From Nemertoderma westbladi (Eukaryota; Animalia; Xenacoelomorpha), in assembly GCA_032718475.1 (NCBI GenBank), contig JAUCBJ010001213.1, forward strand, positions 10,439 to 74,438: 64,000 nucleotides of DNA, in the 5' to 3' direction. Each line of letters opens with the position of its first letter. Position 1 is the stretch's first letter. Under the pieces are notes generated by a model. The model did not search any database. It had not been told where the DNA came from and was given only the letters and a program-made list of their open reading frames with translations. Position numbers and translations under genes: made by a program. Below are positions 62,558-64,000 of this stretch, one piece after another.

Positions 62558-62703
62558 CACTCCATATTTGCCACCGAACCCTTTAGCTGCGTCGGTCTGG
62601 GAGTGATGCAGAGCCGTCTGTTCTTTGTAATCGTACCCAACTGCCGACACATCTTGTCTGTCTTTTTGCACACCGAACTGTCCGCCCCATCCCACCTTGT
62701 AGT
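62540..62703 (-). CDS. CTTN: Cortactin exon: last full cortactin (HS1) repeat plus half repeat
   Basis: Acceptor GTTTTTTAG. Reads [55 protein letters not shown], then donor AAG|GTTTAC. Phase 1-0. Confidence 0.93.
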
Positions 62704-62896
62704 CTAAAAAACAACACCAAATTAACAACAACTAAGAAGATAAACGAGTTGAAATTAGTTAATAATAAGTCAGACTCAATAGCGACGGTATAGCATGTTA
62801 AACAGATTTTTTTCCCAATTAATAAGTCATATTCTATAACACCGTTGGCTAGGGCATACCGATTTATCTCATCGGTGTTAAACACAGAGTTAATTA

Positions 62897-63185
62897 GGTC
62901 CCACCTTGTTGTGGTGACATTGAATTCACATCCCTTGGAGGTCGTGGGTCCGATCCTCGCATGGACCAGGGCTGTTTTCGTTTCGGCGCGAATGCTTTGA
63001 AGAGACCAACCATCCAGGGCGTATCTGTGCATTGTACCCTTAAATGGTAGCTAAATGAGAACTGGAGTTTCTTCTGGGGAGTATAATTCTGGGGGGGGGG
63101 GGGGGGGGGGGGGGCACTAGAAATAAGTCGTCAGATTTTGTGCGTAATCCCTGGCCAACGGCCGAAGAAAATTTACTTTACTTTA
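62897..63185 (+). mobile_element. tRNA-derived SINE with (TTTAC)n tail and 7-bp TSD TTAATTA
   Basis: The 72-nt head GGTCC...GGACCA can form an acceptor stem, with a B-box-like GGGTCCGATCC in a T-arm-like stem. Tail TTTACTTTACTTTA. TTAATTA at 62890-62896 and 63186-63192. Confidence 0.65.
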
Positions 63186-63599
63186 TTAATTAAAATCAAT
63201 TATTAATTATTATAAACTGCATATAGAGATGCTCAGCTATACATTTTATCAGCTATTTCATATTTGGTGTGGAATTGTTTTAGGGTCTGCGACATTGAGT
63301 CACCAAAATACAAGCGGATTGGGCGAACATGTAAGGATGCAAGAATGTATGTTGGGGTGTATGTATGTAATATACTAAAAAAACAACACAGCTAAGGTGA
63401 GACTAAACATTATTACGATACTATAACAATCAAACATATTATAGTAACAGAAAAGTTTGTAGAAATGGAATCTGAGTTGTTTGAAGTATATAATGAACTC
63501 TATGCTAAGAAAATATACCATTAGCGATACATACTACATACCAACCGAACGCCATGCAAAAGCATTACACAGATATACAAGATGCGCAACTATACAAAC

Positions 63600-63710
63600 C
63601 TTTCTGTGACACATGTTTCTCGAGTTTGGGGAGATACTCCCAATCCTCAGCACTAGAGTCTCTTCGATCTGCTTGTACACCGAACTCACCACCCCATCCT
63701 AATTTATAGT
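63600..63710 (-). CDS. CTTN: Cortactin exon: one 37-aa cortactin repeat (gene continues beyond window end)
   Basis: Acceptor CTACGCAG. 111 nt reading (D)YKLGWGGEFGVQADRRDSSAEDWEYLPKLEKHVSQK, then donor AAAG|GTTTGT. Phase 1-1. Not present in the ORF track. Confidence 0.9.
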
Positions 63711-63888
63711 CTGCGTAGCGCGGGAAATGTAAATTCCTCTTATAAATATCCAGGTACTCAGAAAATTTAACTAAGTAACAAATACTGGAGATACATAATC
63801 TATATTTATTTGTCTTTCAGTTCCTTCTCAATTTGCACAGAATCTCCGTGATACTGATGTCTACAAAGAAGTGCACGGGGCCAGCATA

Positions 63889-64000
63889 CCGTATTTAGTC
63901 TAATAAGAGCCTGGGCGGGGCGTTTAAGTTTACAAATTGCCAATTGGGGAGGCGTTTATTCGGGGAGGCGTTTAAGTTCCAAATTGTGTCGTTCGAGTGG
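63889..64000. mobile_element. Possible left end of a Tc1/mariner-type MITE (TA|CCGTATTTAGTCTAATAAG..., internal GGGGAGGCGTTTA repeats)
   Basis: TA-CCGTA start and three GGCGTTTA subrepeats. The partner TIR would lie outside the window. Confidence 0.35.

Noticed and set aside
62897-62968. Possible functional tRNA gene
   Set aside because: D-arm and anticodon arm are degenerate, the T-loop is mutated (TCCGA), there is no poly-T terminator, and a SINE-like body, tail and TSD follow.

Overview
Animal (metazoan, probably invertebrate) genomic DNA; by my boundary estimates roughly 40 of the 64 kb is tandem repeat. Two host genes are recognisable. (1) A complete, intronless inositol 1,4,5-trisphosphate receptor CDS (ITPR, + strand, 6492-14768). 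(2) The 3' part of a cortactin gene (- strand) in six exons found by hand: 63710-63600, 62703-62540, 50342-50115, 49364-49116, 35203-35044 and 28664-28531. All are GT-AG bounded and phase-compatible, and they encode cortactin repeats, a helical region, a Pro-rich region and SH3. The most striking pattern is that four consecutive cortactin introns are each inflated by a different private minisatellite (47, 60, 18 and 30 bp units). The first three are copies of the adjacent splice-site region and the fourth abuts an acceptor. The 47-bp unit is a ~200-fold repeated acceptor/15-nt in-frame microexon/donor cassette. The ITPR stop codon is likewise created by a tandem-repeat junction. Mobile elements: the 3' end and LTR of a Ty3/Gypsy element, a 5'-truncated RTE-type LINE with TSD inside a satellite, a decayed LINE ORF1-like region with Ulp1-like protease and PAM2-like motif, a tRNA-derived SINE, and MITE-like elements. 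Long ORFs over the satellites are artefacts of stop-free repeats. Copy numbers are length/unit estimates, and assembly of such arrays may be imperfect.
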